Positions 1 through 10,329 of a DNA stretch of 64,000 nt are shown in pieces. The notes under the pieces are model-generated. The model saw only the letters and a program-made list of their open reading frames with translations. It did no database searches and was not told the origin of the DNA. Each line of letters opens with the position of its first letter. Position 1 is the first letter of the stretch. Position numbers and translations under genes: made by a program. Location: NCBI GenBank assembly GCA_002726275.1, contig PBSO01000025.1, forward strand, positions 2,147 to 66,146. The letters are read 5' to 3'. Source of the stretch: Methanobacteriota archaeon (GTDB lineage: Archaea; Thermoplasmatota; Poseidoniia; Poseidoniales; Thalassarchaeaceae).

Positions 1-914
1 GCTGCCTTATGGCTGGAGTTCCAAGTAGAACCCACTTTACAGGCCTTAATTGCAGCCTCTTCGGCGTCAAGGACTAGGTTGTAAATTTCTCTCTGGGGTT
101 CTGTGAACTTACCATTAACAGGCCATGTTCTTGTGATGTCTGAAGCGTATCCGTGAACCTCGCATCCGGCATCAACAAGGACCAAGTCACCGTCTTCAAT
201 CGAGTCTGAGTTACTACCGTAATGGAGTATCGTGGCATTGTCTCCACCGCCAACGATCGATTTGTAGCTCCACTGGCTCCTCGAATCGATGAAGTGACCC
301 TCGATAACGGATTGGATTTGCCACTCTCCAATCCCGGGGTGTGTTGCGCGCATCGCCTTCACGTGAGCATCGGAGGCGATTTTCGATGCTTCCTTCATTA
401 CATCGATTTCTGCTTCGGATTTTACGGTCCTCATAACATCCAATAGCGTACGGGGATCCGGGATATCGGACATCTTGGAACCCGAAATAATGCCGTCTAT
501 TTTAGAGTCGATACCGATGATAGCAGATGGTTTCAAGCCCGACTCAATTTTCTTGGAGATGTATTCTTCTGCGTCGTTTATCGAAAGTGAGTTATCTATC
601 GGCCAGCCCTGTAATGCGCCCTCTGGGCCTACTCTCCTCCCTTCCCATATCTCGGCCTTGGTATCTCTGGGTCTGACGAATAGAGTGGTTTGCCATAGGC
701 CGTCATCGAACTTGGCAGTGAGAATAGAGTCGGGTTCCGACCATCCACACAGGTATAGAACGTACGAATTCGCCCTGTATGGATAACTGGTGTCGTTAGA
801 CCTTATTGACACTTGATTATTTGGAATGATGACTAGAGAGTCGATGGGCATGTTCGACAGGAACTCTTCCTGCCTTCTACGATATTCTCCATCTCCAAAG
901 GGTAAATCAGACAT
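1..914 (-). CDS. pepP: Xaa-Pro aminopeptidase (aminopeptidase P), truncated by left window edge
   Basis: Not in the ORF track. My minus-strand translation gives RSNDTSYPYRANS near the start and IVGGGDNATILHY...DLVLVDAGCEVHGYASDITRTWPVNGKF, typical M24B motifs. ATG at 914 (alternative 923). Confidence 0.9.
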   Translation of the reverse strand, partial: MSDLPFGDGEYRRRQEEFLSNMPIDSLVIIPNNQVSIRSNDTSYPYRANSYVLYLCGWSEPDSILTAKFDDGLWQTTLFVRPRDTKAEIWEGRRVGPEGALQGWPIDNSLSINDAEEYISKKIESGLKPSAIIGIDSKIDGIISGSKMSDIPDPRTLLDVMRTVKSEAEIDVMKEASKIASDAHVKAMRATHPGIGEWQIQSVIEGHFIDSRSQWSYKSIVGGGDNATILHYGSNSDSIEDGDLVLVDAGCEVHGYASDITRTWPVNGKFTEPQREIYNLVLDAEEAAIKACKVGSTWNSSHKA

Positions 915-967
915 TGTATCCATCTGCCGCGCCTAGGTCCGAGTTCTTGAAATGTAGTAAAGAACTG

Positions 968-2434
968 TCATTTTTCCTCGTCAGGCTGCCACTTAGGTAT
1001 TTCACCCATTGAAGTGGACTTTCTTCTGAACAGAATGGCGGAAGCGAGGAAGGCTGCTGACAAGACTAGGATAATTATCCCCAGAGGTAGCTCATCAGTA
1101 TAATCGGGATGGATCAGTTCCACTGAAATGAATGAATACTGATCATCGTCATCAATTACCTCTATTGTGAGTATCAGCTTCTCAATATTCGATTCGGGCC
1201 ATGTGAAGGACCTCTGGCAGCCCTCGTTCACGGGTTCGTTATTCACCTTCCATACACATCTTAATCCATTGATGTCATTAGTGCTGTCTAGTGATTCTGA
1301 GGCATCCAGATCCCATGTATCTCCAGATGAAAGCCTGATGCTCTCACCATGGGAAACGGACTTTCCGTCGACGGTGAGTTTTGCTGTAGGGATTACATTT
1401 GTAATTGTAATATATCTGGAGACAGATGAATAGAGTCCCCCATCATCTTTAACCCTCAATAGTAGCTCAAAATTCCCAGAAATGTCTGTCTCCAGTGAGA
1501 ACGTGCTCTCACCCTGGGAAACTAAAATTGGGGCTGAGCCGGGGTTTGATCTATCCAATAGAGTCCATATGTGGTATAGGTCCCCCTTCCCCCAATAGCC
1601 ATCGTCTGAGGAGCCCCCGTCGAATAATAGGGCGTCGTCCCCCTCCTGTGCTTCATCTGGGCCAATGATTGAGGAGACAGGGGCATTGTTGTCGACCCTG
1701 ACGGGCACGCAATGGTATGCTACGGATAATTGAGTTGATGATGCTGTCCATGCTGAGTACCAACCATCGTCTAATCCGGATGCGTCTACAATAGCCGAGT
1801 ATTCTCCAATCAAAGACAACGCTCCCTCAACTGGGGATGCGGGTGGGTTGGCACAACTAGTCGAGGGCGAGTCGGCAGATAGGAGTGAAAATGAAATTGT
1901 GGCTGTGGTATCGTAAGAAGCCGCTGACCATCCCGAGAATTCTACTTCACCCACGATCCATGACTCCGATAATGGAGACTCGGGCAATAGTACTGATCCT
2001 GATGAGTTTCCAATGAATGCAGCAATGGACGATGAGGTTGTATTCTGAGCGATGTCGGATATCGAAATCTGTAGGATGCACGAACAGTCGCCTATCTCGT
2101 CTGGATCAATAGTGGCCTCCCATGACCACTTCAACAAATTGCCATACTCATGTGACTCGCTGAATTGCAAGGTGCCACCCCCTCTCACCACGAAATCTTC
2201 GCCCGATTGCTCTAATGCCGACCAAAATGCCTCTGATGGCTCATTCGCCGAAACAAGAAAACCTGAGATGGTGGAATGCTCAGAAATTTGCATTCCATTT
2301 TCGTCATTGAAACCAATAAACGAGGTGGTGGACTCTTCAGCCGCAGCCGAATGAGCAAAAGCTAGCAACGCAAAGGCCGTCGCCAATGAAATGAACAAGG
2401 GACGCTGATTCACGATTGTGGCCCTATAGAACAT
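968..2434 (-). CDS. Secreted, C-terminally membrane-anchored PKD/Ig-like domain protein
   Basis: Signal peptide (AHSAAA), acidic beta-rich body with PKD-like motifs (FDGGSSDD, LRVKDDGG, LDASESLD), C-terminal TM followed by RRK. Confidence 0.7.
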   Translation of the reverse strand: MFYRATIVNQRPLFISLATAFALLAFAHSAAAEESTTSFIGFNDENGMQISEHSTISGFLVSANEPSEAFWSALEQSGEDFVVRGGGTLQFSESHEYGNLLKWSWEATIDPDEIGDCSCILQISISDIAQNTTSSSIAAFIGNSSGSVLLPESPLSESWIVGEVEFSGWSAASYDTTATISFSLLSADSPSTSCANPPASPVEGALSLIGEYSAIVDASGLDDGWYSAWTASSTQLSVAYHCVPVRVDNNAPVSSIIGPDEAQEGDDALLFDGGSSDDGYWGKGDLYHIWTLLDRSNPGSAPILVSQGESTFSLETDISGNFELLLRVKDDGGLYSSVSRYITITNVIPTAKLTVDGKSVSHGESIRLSSGDTWDLDASESLDSTNDINGLRCVWKVNNEPVNEGCQRSFTWPESNIEKLILTIEVIDDDDQYSFISVELIHPDYTDELPLGIIILVLSAAFLASAILFRRKSTSMGEIPKWQPDEEK

Positions 2435-2461
2435 GTCTTGAACCCCTTGGGTTCATGTTCC

Positions 2462-3520
2462 TCATCTATCGGAAATCTGCAGCTTCCACGATAGCTCGTC
2501 AAGCCATATCCCCAAGGTGTCACTGTCGACGAACTCCTGGCTAGACTCGGCCGTTAGTACACACTCACAAGCTGCAGCAGCTAGTGATGTAGCATCCATA
2601 ATATCCAGTCCATTGCCAAGAGCAGCTGCTAGGGCTGTTGCAGCAGCGTCATGAAGGCCGATCTGTTGTCTGGGTGCGTCGGCCCTGCAAGGGATGGCCA
2701 TCTCCCTCCCATCAGGAAGATAGAGATTAGTTCCTTCGACTCCACCAAGGACGACTATTGCTCCCCAATCGTATTTAGAAATTAGCTCGGAAGCTGTCTC
2801 AGATGTGCTTTCCAGCATCAGTCTTCTTCTTTGTAATTCAAGACCCCTCATACCGAAAATCACTGCATCTGCCCCCTGGCTTCTGGAAAGGCCGGTCAAT
2901 TTTGGATCTACAATACAAGGGAGCTTCAATTTCTTGGCATTTGAGATGAGCTTTGAGGCCCCCGATTCGGTCAATACGCCTTTGTGATAATCTGATAGGA
3001 CTATCGCTTTGCTGTTTGGCATTGACTCGAGAGCGGCATCGATTAACTGATCGCTGACCGATTTACTCAATTCTTCCAATGGGCCCCTATCCGCCTGAAG
3101 GAGCACCTGACTCTGGTCCAGTAGGCTTTCCCTACTGCCATAAAACCTAATCTTTGTCAATGTCTTTCGGTTAGGGACAACAGTGATTCCAGATGTTTCA
3201 ATTCCATCGTTAGAAATCATCTCTAGAATCCTATTTCCTTCAGCATCATCCCCTACGCAAGAGAAAAAATCTACGTCCATGCCCAATGAGTTTAGGCCTC
3301 TTGCTATATGGGCAGCAGCCCCTGGCGACTCTTCCGAGCGGATGATTCTCAGCGCCGGCACAGGAGCTGTTGAGTTGAGATTGTTGGCATATCCATGATG
3401 GTACCTATCAAGCATCACATCACCAATCAATGTGACCCTTGTACCCTCAAAATCATCGAGCAGGGCGCTCAGTCTGCGTAGTGTTTCGGCCTCAGTTCGG
3501 TCCTCGTTCTGTGACTCCAT
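2462..3520 (-). CDS. PfkB-family carbohydrate kinase, HldE/RfaE domain I-like (stand-alone)
   Basis: LIGDVMLDRYHHG...APVP, PGAAAHIA, VLSDYHKGVL and VDPK are HldE-kinase hallmarks. Likely start MESQ at 3520. Confidence 0.8.
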   Translation of the reverse strand: MESQNEDRTEAETLRRLSALLDDFEGTRVTLIGDVMLDRYHHGYANNLNSTAPVPALRIIRSEESPGAAAHIARGLNSLGMDVDFFSCVGDDAEGNRILEMISNDGIETSGITVVPNRKTLTKIRFYGSRESLLDQSQVLLQADRGPLEELSKSVSDQLIDAALESMPNSKAIVLSDYHKGVLTESGASKLISNAKKLKLPCIVDPKLTGLSRSQGADAVIFGMRGLELQRRRLMLESTSETASELISKYDWGAIVVLGGVEGTNLYLPDGREMAIPCRADAPRQQIGLHDAAATALAAALGNGLDIMDATSLAAAACECVLTAESSQEFVDSDTLGIWLDELSWKLQISDR

Positions 3521-3596
3521 GTATGCTGCGAGTAGGATGTGGCGAATGATACTTACTAGACCGGCGGAATCAAGTTTGGGATGCCATCGTAATGGC

Positions 3597-4679
3597 ATGG
3601 AGCGCGTCGAGGGGGGGTGGATCTACGATGGTCCCGCGGCTGATAGGTTATGGCATAAGTCGGCCATAGGCAGGCCAATATCTGACGGATGTCTGATTCT
3701 CACGGCATGTGAACTAATCTTCTGTAGAGACCATAGGCATGTTGAATTTCCCAGTGATGACTGGTTAATGGGGGTAATGAGGGAAGGTGGAGATGCTATT
3801 CTTGAAGGAGTGATAATGGAGGCGCTCAGGGTGCCAGGGAACAAGATTGTTCTGAAGGGGAATCTCGATAGCATGGGGCTTGAGCACTCAGAGGAATCAT
3901 GGGGCCTGAGATGGGTCTCGGATATGCACCCTAGGAATGATTCGCCGGTTGCAGAGGTTAGATGGTTCACGGACACTGAGCATTTTGATGCAAAGAAGGA
4001 TTTGTATCAGTGGACAAAGGAAGTTGAGGAAAGAGGCAGAATAGCCGAGGCGATAGTTATTGATGAAGAGTTGTCAGTAGTGACATATCACCTGTCGATA
4101 GCGAATCCTACTGGAATTCTTGAGCCGCCCTCCGAAGAGGGTTTCATGAAGATCTCGTGCCGTGACTACGTGGAGACTCACACAGGTGGTGCCTTCTTCA
4201 CAGATACAGATGAGTGGCCATCTGAAGCCATCGGAGTCCCAATTCATGGTGGCAGGCAGCTGGATTGGGTTGAGAGAGAGCTAGTTCACGTTCTGGGGAA
4301 TTCATCATTCGACTTTGATATCGATAGTTTTTCTACGGGTTTAACAATTCCTGAACTTGGGATGACAAGGACTGCCAGCCTATTGAAGGAACTCTGGGAC
4401 AGGGGCCTCAATACCCGGTCCGGATTCAAATTCGGGACAACCTGGAGATGTTATGCAGGACCAATTGGAGAGGAACATGCCCCTTGGCTGATCAATGATC
4501 CAGATGATGGAGGAAAGATAGTGAGTGATTGGGGGAGGGCTTGCCTGACATCTAGACTTGCCTCCGGTGTGAACAAGCATTGGATTTGCCCAATAGACGT
4601 GAGCACGGGGGACTGGAGGTTCCTTGAAATCTCGAGGCCACCGGCCGACTCAAGGTGGAGCAATCCCAGCAAGAGGTAA
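3597..4679 (+). CDS. endA: tRNA-splicing (intron) endonuclease
   Basis: C-terminal RSGFKFGTTWRCY..EHAPWL..RLASGVNK contains the catalytic Tyr/His/Lys pattern. Likely start MERV at 3597. Confidence 0.75.
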   Translation: MERVEGGWIYDGPAADRLWHKSAIGRPISDGCLILTACELIFCRDHRHVEFPSDDWLMGVMREGGDAILEGVIMEALRVPGNKIVLKGNLDSMGLEHSEESWGLRWVSDMHPRNDSPVAEVRWFTDTEHFDAKKDLYQWTKEVEERGRIAEAIVIDEELSVVTYHLSIANPTGILEPPSEEGFMKISCRDYVETHTGGAFFTDTDEWPSEAIGVPIHGGRQLDWVERELVHVLGNSSFDFDIDSFSTGLTIPELGMTRTASLLKELWDRGLNTRSGFKFGTTWRCYAGPIGEEHAPWLINDPDDGGKIVSDWGRACLTSRLASGVNKHWICPIDVSTGDWRFLEISRPPADSRWSNPSKR

Positions 4680-6653
4680 TTATTCCCTCTTCTGACCTGT
4701 CAAAACGGACAGTGCTAGGAGGATGCAAATTATAGGAAGGCCATTTGAGGGCTTTGAAAGCCATCCCAAAATACCGTTACCCGTAAAGGGAGACTCTGCT
4801 ATCAGAGTTACTCCCACCCTATTCTCAAGTCCGCTTTCGTCTTGGAAAACCACCTCTCCCCTTGCATACATGCCTGGCTCCATTAGCCCCAAGGGATCTA
4901 TCTCGATAACTAGTGGGTCACCGGGCCCTATCTCCCCTTGGGTAGTCACTGTTGCAATCCTAGCGGCGGCGCCCTCAATAGCAATGAAATAATCCCTCGG
5001 ACCAGTGCCCTCATAGTCCAAATCTATGGATATCGAAGATGGTTTCTCCCAGTCAATTACCGACTCTAAATTCTGAGATGTGATTCTGTTTCCAATCTTC
5101 TGCCAATTCAATCTGATGGAAACTGGGTTCTCGCCTTCACAACCGATTGAGCCAATCAATGTCCCCATCTGCAATGAGGTGTCTGAGTACCTAAGTATCG
5201 GGACTTCGGATAATCCAGCAGGAATTACTATGGATTTCTCCACGGGACTGCCAAGAACGGCGCTGACATTGACAATTAAGTTGCACTGAGAAGGAGTATT
5301 TACCAGTGCATATGATGACTCCCCATCAAGCAACTGAATGGGGTTTCTCTCTGTAAGCACGGAGGTGGTTGGGGTGCTAGAAGTCATAATTTCTATTGTA
5401 GCAGAGCTATCAAGAATCTGTGTAACAGTAGCGGTCCAATGAACCACTCTCCCCCTATTGTCCCTAATTACTACACCTTGTGAACCGAATGAGTCGTTAA
5501 CAGAAAATGTGTCTCCTTCACTACCTGAGTCACGGTTCCTTACCAGAGCATCGTCCCCATCAGCTTCTATGATCTTGACCCAAGCATAATTTGGATCGTG
5601 GTTAACAGTGTTGTCTTCTGAGTTTCCGTTATTCACATCCTGGTACTCGACAATGATGCCATGTCCGGGCAAAGCGGAGTCGAAGCCACTATCTGAGCGT
5701 AGGGAGATTAGGACCCTCTCACCAGGTGCTGTCTCAAGAGAGAGTACCCTCGTAGCTAGAGATACACTACTAATCGAATCAATTTCGTATGAGCCATCTA
5801 GAGAAGTGTCGATTTCAATGATGCCATTGGAACTCACCAAATCCAGTGTTGCTGCTCCGGGCATGGAGGGGGTTCTTCCATTGTCATTCCAATTGCCGCT
5901 GGCCATTATGTCCCAATCACCAAGTCCATTCCAGTTATTTGAGGGGAGTTCTGAATGGACATCATATAGGTCAAAAGCGCCCATCTGGTGTAACATCTCG
6001 TGAACTACTGTTCCCAAACCGCTGTTCAATGAAGAAATTGTGTAATGCTCTACTGTCCATTCGCCAATAGATATGGGTTCTTGTAACTCTGAGAAGTGGC
6101 TCCATATCGAGTTTGATGAGGCTCCCGATTCCTGTGCTTCTCCTGAATGGAGTACCAGAAGTCTATCCACAATTCCATCGCCATTGTAGTCCCATCTCGA
6201 TAAGTTGGAGTTACCTAGAAGGGCATATACTGAGTCTTCGACTAATCCCTCTACCCCCCTACCGTCAATCCCTGAGTCCCTAGTACCTGGTGAATCGGCG
6301 CCCCAATAGCCCTCGTCTTCAGATGAAATCCAAACTTCCTCAGATAATGTCACCGTAAGCGTAGAGTGGCCTCCTGACATCTGTCTCACATATTGCGAAG
6401 CTGAGAGATGGGGTGACCCATCCCCATCCATATCGAAGATGGATTCAGTTATTGACTCGGAGTGAGGTTTTCCGGGAAAGGCGACGCGAAGAACAAGCCA
6501 TTCTTCGCTATTCTGCAATCCGACCAAATTTGAGTCTTGATCGTTATCGTCTATCCCTGGAGTCACTTTCGAATCGACCAAATCAGGATTCAGATTTATC
6601 ATGCCACCAAGAAGAATCAGGACAAGCGCTACCGCGTAACGTACTGACTTCAT
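4680..6653 (-). CDS. M6-family (immune inhibitor A-like) secreted metalloprotease, membrane-anchored
   Basis: DYNGDGIVD, IWSH, HEMLHQMGAFDLYD zincin motif, WDIMASGNW Met-turn; N-terminal signal and C-terminal TM. Confidence 0.85.
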   Translation of the reverse strand: MKSVRYAVALVLILLGGMINLNPDLVDSKVTPGIDDNDQDSNLVGLQNSEEWLVLRVAFPGKPHSESITESIFDMDGDGSPHLSASQYVRQMSGGHSTLTVTLSEEVWISSEDEGYWGADSPGTRDSGIDGRGVEGLVEDSVYALLGNSNLSRWDYNGDGIVDRLLVLHSGEAQESGASSNSIWSHFSELQEPISIGEWTVEHYTISSLNSGLGTVVHEMLHQMGAFDLYDVHSELPSNNWNGLGDWDIMASGNWNDNGRTPSMPGAATLDLVSSNGIIEIDTSLDGSYEIDSISSVSLATRVLSLETAPGERVLISLRSDSGFDSALPGHGIIVEYQDVNNGNSEDNTVNHDPNYAWVKIIEADGDDALVRNRDSGSEGDTFSVNDSFGSQGVVIRDNRGRVVHWTATVTQILDSSATIEIMTSSTPTTSVLTERNPIQLLDGESSYALVNTPSQCNLIVNVSAVLGSPVEKSIVIPAGLSEVPILRYSDTSLQMGTLIGSIGCEGENPVSIRLNWQKIGNRITSQNLESVIDWEKPSSISIDLDYEGTGPRDYFIAIEGAAARIATVTTQGEIGPGDPLVIEIDPLGLMEPGMYARGEVVFQDESGLENRVGVTLIAESPFTGNGILGWLSKPSNGLPIICILLALSVLTGQKRE

Positions 6654-6727
6654 GGTATACCGTGATCAAGCGTGGCTTTCAAGTAAATGTAATCGTGATC
6701 GTGGATGGATGGAATATGGCGAGATAG

Positions 6728-7453
6728 TCAATCACGGAAAGGCATCAACTTTGAAAATTGGTCAGCTGCAAATATCGCTAACACGGCGATAACTATCCTA
6801 AGTCCGTCATAGACCAATGGAAGAGTTAGGATGAGCATGCCTGCCGACATTAGCATTAACCTGATCCTGAACCTTGTCTCCTCGCCCCCTGAGGAAAGAA
6901 TGAGTCGTGAGAGTGCTAGAGCCAGTGATGTCAGTGTGACGATCAAAACGACCCATGTCATTCCAAGTGAAATCTCTACGACCTTGCTCACGTCATACAT
7001 TTCCTCGACGCCATTAATCGAACCTATTTCTTCTGAAACTGAGAAAATGGCAGATATCCCCCAGGTCCAAATTACCACGGTTAGCAATGGTGCAATTATA
7101 GAGAAAATCGAGAGTAGAGTTGCAAGCCACCTTCTTTCATCAACGTAAAGACCTGTTCTCGAGAAGCGATAAATGAGTATTGAGAAGATAGGAAGTACGG
7201 AAACCGAAGAGAGTAATAATATCAGGGTCCACCTAACTCCTATCCAATCCATGGGCGAGTACAGGGACATTGCAGACTCATTACTCTCGGAAGATGCTGC
7301 TAATACCCAATCACCAATCGTCGATGTTGAAATTGTTGACCATAGTGCAGCAAAAATTAACAGAAAAAGGGAGGTTTTTCTGAATACAGAATGTAATTCT
7401 GAAAAATGATTGGGTGATTTTCCATCAGGCTCGGAATGCTGTCTTACTGACAT
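6728..7453 (-). CDS. Divergent TatC-like twin-arginine translocase subunit
   Basis: About 6 TMs; HFSEL at the N-terminus, SP motif after TM1 and YRFSRTGLYVDERR (cf. TatC F..PGL...E.R). Confidence 0.6.
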   Translation of the reverse strand: MSVRQHSEPDGKSPNHFSELHSVFRKTSLFLLIFAALWSTISTSTIGDWVLAASSESNESAMSLYSPMDWIGVRWTLILLLSSVSVLPIFSILIYRFSRTGLYVDERRWLATLLSIFSIIAPLLTVVIWTWGISAIFSVSEEIGSINGVEEMYDVSKVVEISLGMTWVVLIVTLTSLALALSRLILSSGGEETRFRIRLMLMSAGMLILTLPLVYDGLRIVIAVLAIFAADQFSKLMPFRD

Positions 7454-7454
7454 A

Positions 7455-8507
7455 TCACATGCGATCCTTTACCGATGGTTCAGTTCTTGCTGCTAGTATT
7501 GTCCTATAGACCCCATAAGCAAACAGGATACTAGTCAGGAACGCGCACCCTATCAGGAACCCCGTAAGGTCTGTGACGTGAGTCCCCTCTTCTACGACTG
7601 CCGGGGGTGGGAAGTAGATTGCAGTGTCGGATGCGGTCCAATTCACCGCGACGATGAATGATACAATGCTCATAATTGACCTCCTAATTGCTTGTGGGTA
7701 AGCGAGCTCCATTGCAAGGAACTCTGGGCCATCGTCATACTTCCTCTCCAGAATCTCCCTCTGTAGTATGGCACCGAAAATCAACGCCACTAGGCTTGTC
7801 CAGAAGAATAGATTTCCTTGTGAGAAAACTGCATGCGATAGTGCCTCTTGCCTCTCTGCTTCTTTCTGTGAGTCTGACTCCTCTATGACAAATAATGTAT
7901 CATAATCTCCGACTGATATTGTCCTGGTATCCAAGGTAGCGCCGGATTCGTCAGAAGTCACAGTCCCTGGTGGGTTGATGGTGAACGATAATACGTTCCA
8001 GTAGTCTGAATCGTCTGGAACACCGCCGCCATCAACAGAGTTTCCAGCTAGCCAGAAGTAAATGGGACCTATGTCATCTGAGGGAGCCGTCCAAACCACT
8101 GTCCATATCCCGTCTGAGTCTGGTTCGGAGTGGGAGATATCATCAGGGGCGCCGTCTGCCTGTCTGATGTCCTGATCATCTGACCAGCTGAAAGTTCCGT
8201 TTGACTCCGAAGTCATCAGGAATCCAGCCTTTTTATTTCCCTCTCCACCCGAGAGTGTTAGCGAGTCTGCAACGGTAATCGTGAACTCGTACGATTGCCC
8301 TGGGTCGTACATCACAGGGATGCCTGTTATCATCACCACTGCTCTGACGGAAGATGCCCCATTGTTATGACAAGAGCAACCGTACTTGGCGGTGGGGTCG
8401 CCATCACCGTTCTCGCTACTCGGACCCGCGCTCATCCCCATTGCGGGAACTGCTAGAAGTACACCTACGATCAAGACGACGCCGAGCCTCTTCACTGTGG
8501 AGCTCAT
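7455..8507 (-). CDS. Secreted Reeler/choice-of-anchor-V-like protein with CxCH motif and 3 C-terminal TMs
   Basis: Signal peptide, GCSCH, YDPGQSY, WTAP..FWLAGNSVDG. Paralog of 51478-52287. Likely start MSST at 8507. Confidence 0.6.
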   Translation of the reverse strand: MSSTVKRLGVVLIVGVLLAVPAMGMSAGPSSENGDGDPTAKYGCSCHNNGASSVRAVVMITGIPVMYDPGQSYEFTITVADSLTLSGGEGNKKAGFLMTSESNGTFSWSDDQDIRQADGAPDDISHSEPDSDGIWTVVWTAPSDDIGPIYFWLAGNSVDGGGVPDDSDYWNVLSFTINPPGTVTSDESGATLDTRTISVGDYDTLFVIEESDSQKEAERQEALSHAVFSQGNLFFWTSLVALIFGAILQREILERKYDDGPEFLAMELAYPQAIRRSIMSIVSFIVAVNWTASDTAIYFPPPAVVEEGTHVTDLTGFLIGCAFLTSILFAYGVYRTILAARTEPSVKDRM

Positions 8508-8579
8508 GTCTGTTACCGAACTGCGTTCGGCAGTGATGGACTCATAACGATTGCTTGGAAACATGATAGTCATCTCCCA

Positions 8580-10016
8580 TTATAGGTCCTTGATTGAGCC
8601 ATTGAGCTCATTCATCATTTTCTTTCCGTCGCCAAACAGCATCATTGTCTTGTCCATGTAGAAGAGGTCGTTATCTACGCCAGCGTAGCCAACTGAAAGG
8701 CTCCTCTTGATGATGACGACGACATTTGCCTTGTCGACATCCAAAATTGGCATTCCTGCCAGCGGACCTTCTCCAGTTCTAGCTGCAGGGTTAGTGGTGT
8801 CATTTGCCCCAATAACCAGGGCAACGTCACAATCAGGGAATTCGGAATTTATTTCATCCATTTCAATGAGTCTCTCATATGGGACATTCGCTTCTGCGAG
8901 GAGGACGTTCATGTGCCCCGGCATCCTTCCAGCTACGGGGTGTATAGCGTAGAGAACCTCGCACCCTGTTGACTCCATGAGGTCCGCGAATTCCTTCACG
9001 GCATGCTGACTCTGACTGACGGCCATCCCATATCCGGGAACTACGATGACGCGTTGGGCCCCATCTAGGACCATGGCGACCTCCTCGGGATCGCTGCCTA
9101 CCTTGGTTCGAGTAAGCTGATCCTTTTCCCCTGAACCGCCGAATGCCTTGAACAGCACATCGAAGAGTTCCCTATTCATCGCCTTGCACATAATGAATGT
9201 GAGGATTAGCCCAGCAGCTCCGACCATCGAACCAGCGATGATTAGAACGTTATTACCAATCACGAACCCGGTGAATGCGGCAGCGATTCCTGAGAGTGAA
9301 TTCAGGAGGCTGACAACGACCGGCATATCTGCGCCCCCTATGGGGAGTACAAACAGTATTCCGAGCAAGCCAGATGATAGCGCCAATGCGTAAATCCAGT
9401 AGTGCTCGGATGGTTCCTGTATTGTCATCCAGATGAGTGCGAATGAGGAAAGAAGTAGTATGGCCTTGACAGAGTTGAGCCATGATGGTCCCCATGTTGG
9501 GAATCTGACCCACTTACCTGTGAAGGGGACGGTAAACCCGCCCTTCAACTTGTACATCGCCACTAGGCTACCAGTAAGTGTGATCCAACCGACAATCCCC
9601 GAAAGCCCAATTGCTACCCATATCGCATAAAGCTCTACTCCCGGGTCGGGTATGTTCGACTCTTGGATCCTCTTTAGCGCCTCTGAAAGACCGACCAGGG
9701 CAGAGGCACCGCCCCCAAATCCATTGAAGAGTGCAACCAATTCGGGCATTCCGGTCATTTCAACCCTAGTTGCCATCAGGTATCCAATTAGAGATCCTAT
9801 GACCAGGCCCCCAATAATCAACTCCCAGCCAATTACGCCCTCGGTCTGAAGCTTGGCAAGTGTGACCACTACAGCGAGTAACATACCCATGGCCCCGAGG
9901 CTGTTTCCCTCGGGTGCAGTTCTTGGACTCGATAGCTTCTTGATTCCCATGATGAACAAGGAAGCTGAAATCAGGTAACCGATGTCCCAAACCACTGGAT
10001 CGACCAATCTATTCAC
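8580..10016 (-). CDS. pntB: NAD(P) transhydrogenase beta subunit
   Basis: MPELVALFNGFGG, PIGGADMPVVVSLLNS, VPGYGMAV, HPVAGRMPGHMNVLLAEA. Confidence 0.97.
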   Translation of the reverse strand: MNRLVDPVVWDIGYLISASLFIMGIKKLSSPRTAPEGNSLGAMGMLLAVVVTLAKLQTEGVIGWELIIGGLVIGSLIGYLMATRVEMTGMPELVALFNGFGGGASALVGLSEALKRIQESNIPDPGVELYAIWVAIGLSGIVGWITLTGSLVAMYKLKGGFTVPFTGKWVRFPTWGPSWLNSVKAILLLSSFALIWMTIQEPSEHYWIYALALSSGLLGILFVLPIGGADMPVVVSLLNSLSGIAAAFTGFVIGNNVLIIAGSMVGAAGLILTFIMCKAMNRELFDVLFKAFGGSGEKDQLTRTKVGSDPEEVAMVLDGAQRVIVVPGYGMAVSQSQHAVKEFADLMESTGCEVLYAIHPVAGRMPGHMNVLLAEANVPYERLIEMDEINSEFPDCDVALVIGANDTTNPAARTGEGPLAGMPILDVDKANVVVIIKRSLSVGYAGVDNDLFYMDKTMMLFGDGKKMMNELNGSIKDL

Positions 10017-10329
10017 CCCCCTTTCTACGTCGCCCGGCTATCATTCCAAGCATCTTGTTCGTAACCATGAATCCACCAACCGCATTGATTGTGGCCATGA
10101 TCAGAGCGAGAAATGCCAGAAGTGCTGCAACATCGGTGTTTGCACCGTCGAAAGATGAGTTTGACAATATCAAGGCACCCACTATGGTAATTCCAGAAAT
10201 GGCATTGGCCCCGGACATCAGAGGAGTATGAAGGGTAGGGGGGACCTTACTGATTAGCTCGAATCCGAGGAAAATTGCCAATACGAAAACTGTGATACTG
10301 CCGACCAGAGCTCCGAGAGTAAGGCTCAT
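10009..10329 (-). CDS. pntAB: NAD(P) transhydrogenase alpha subunit part 2 (membrane)
   Basis: VPPTLHTPLMSGANAISG, INAVGGF; overlaps both neighbours. Confidence 0.95.
   Translation of the reverse strand: MSLTLGALVGSITVFVLAIFLGFELISKVPPTLHTPLMSGANAISGITIVGALILSNSSFDGANTDVAALLAFLALIMATINAVGGFMVTNKMLGMIAGRRRKGGE

Noticed and set aside
74-786. Three short ORFs in the supplied track (74-331, 222-446, 475-786)
   Set aside because: They are shadows of the edge-truncated pepP gene on the minus strand.
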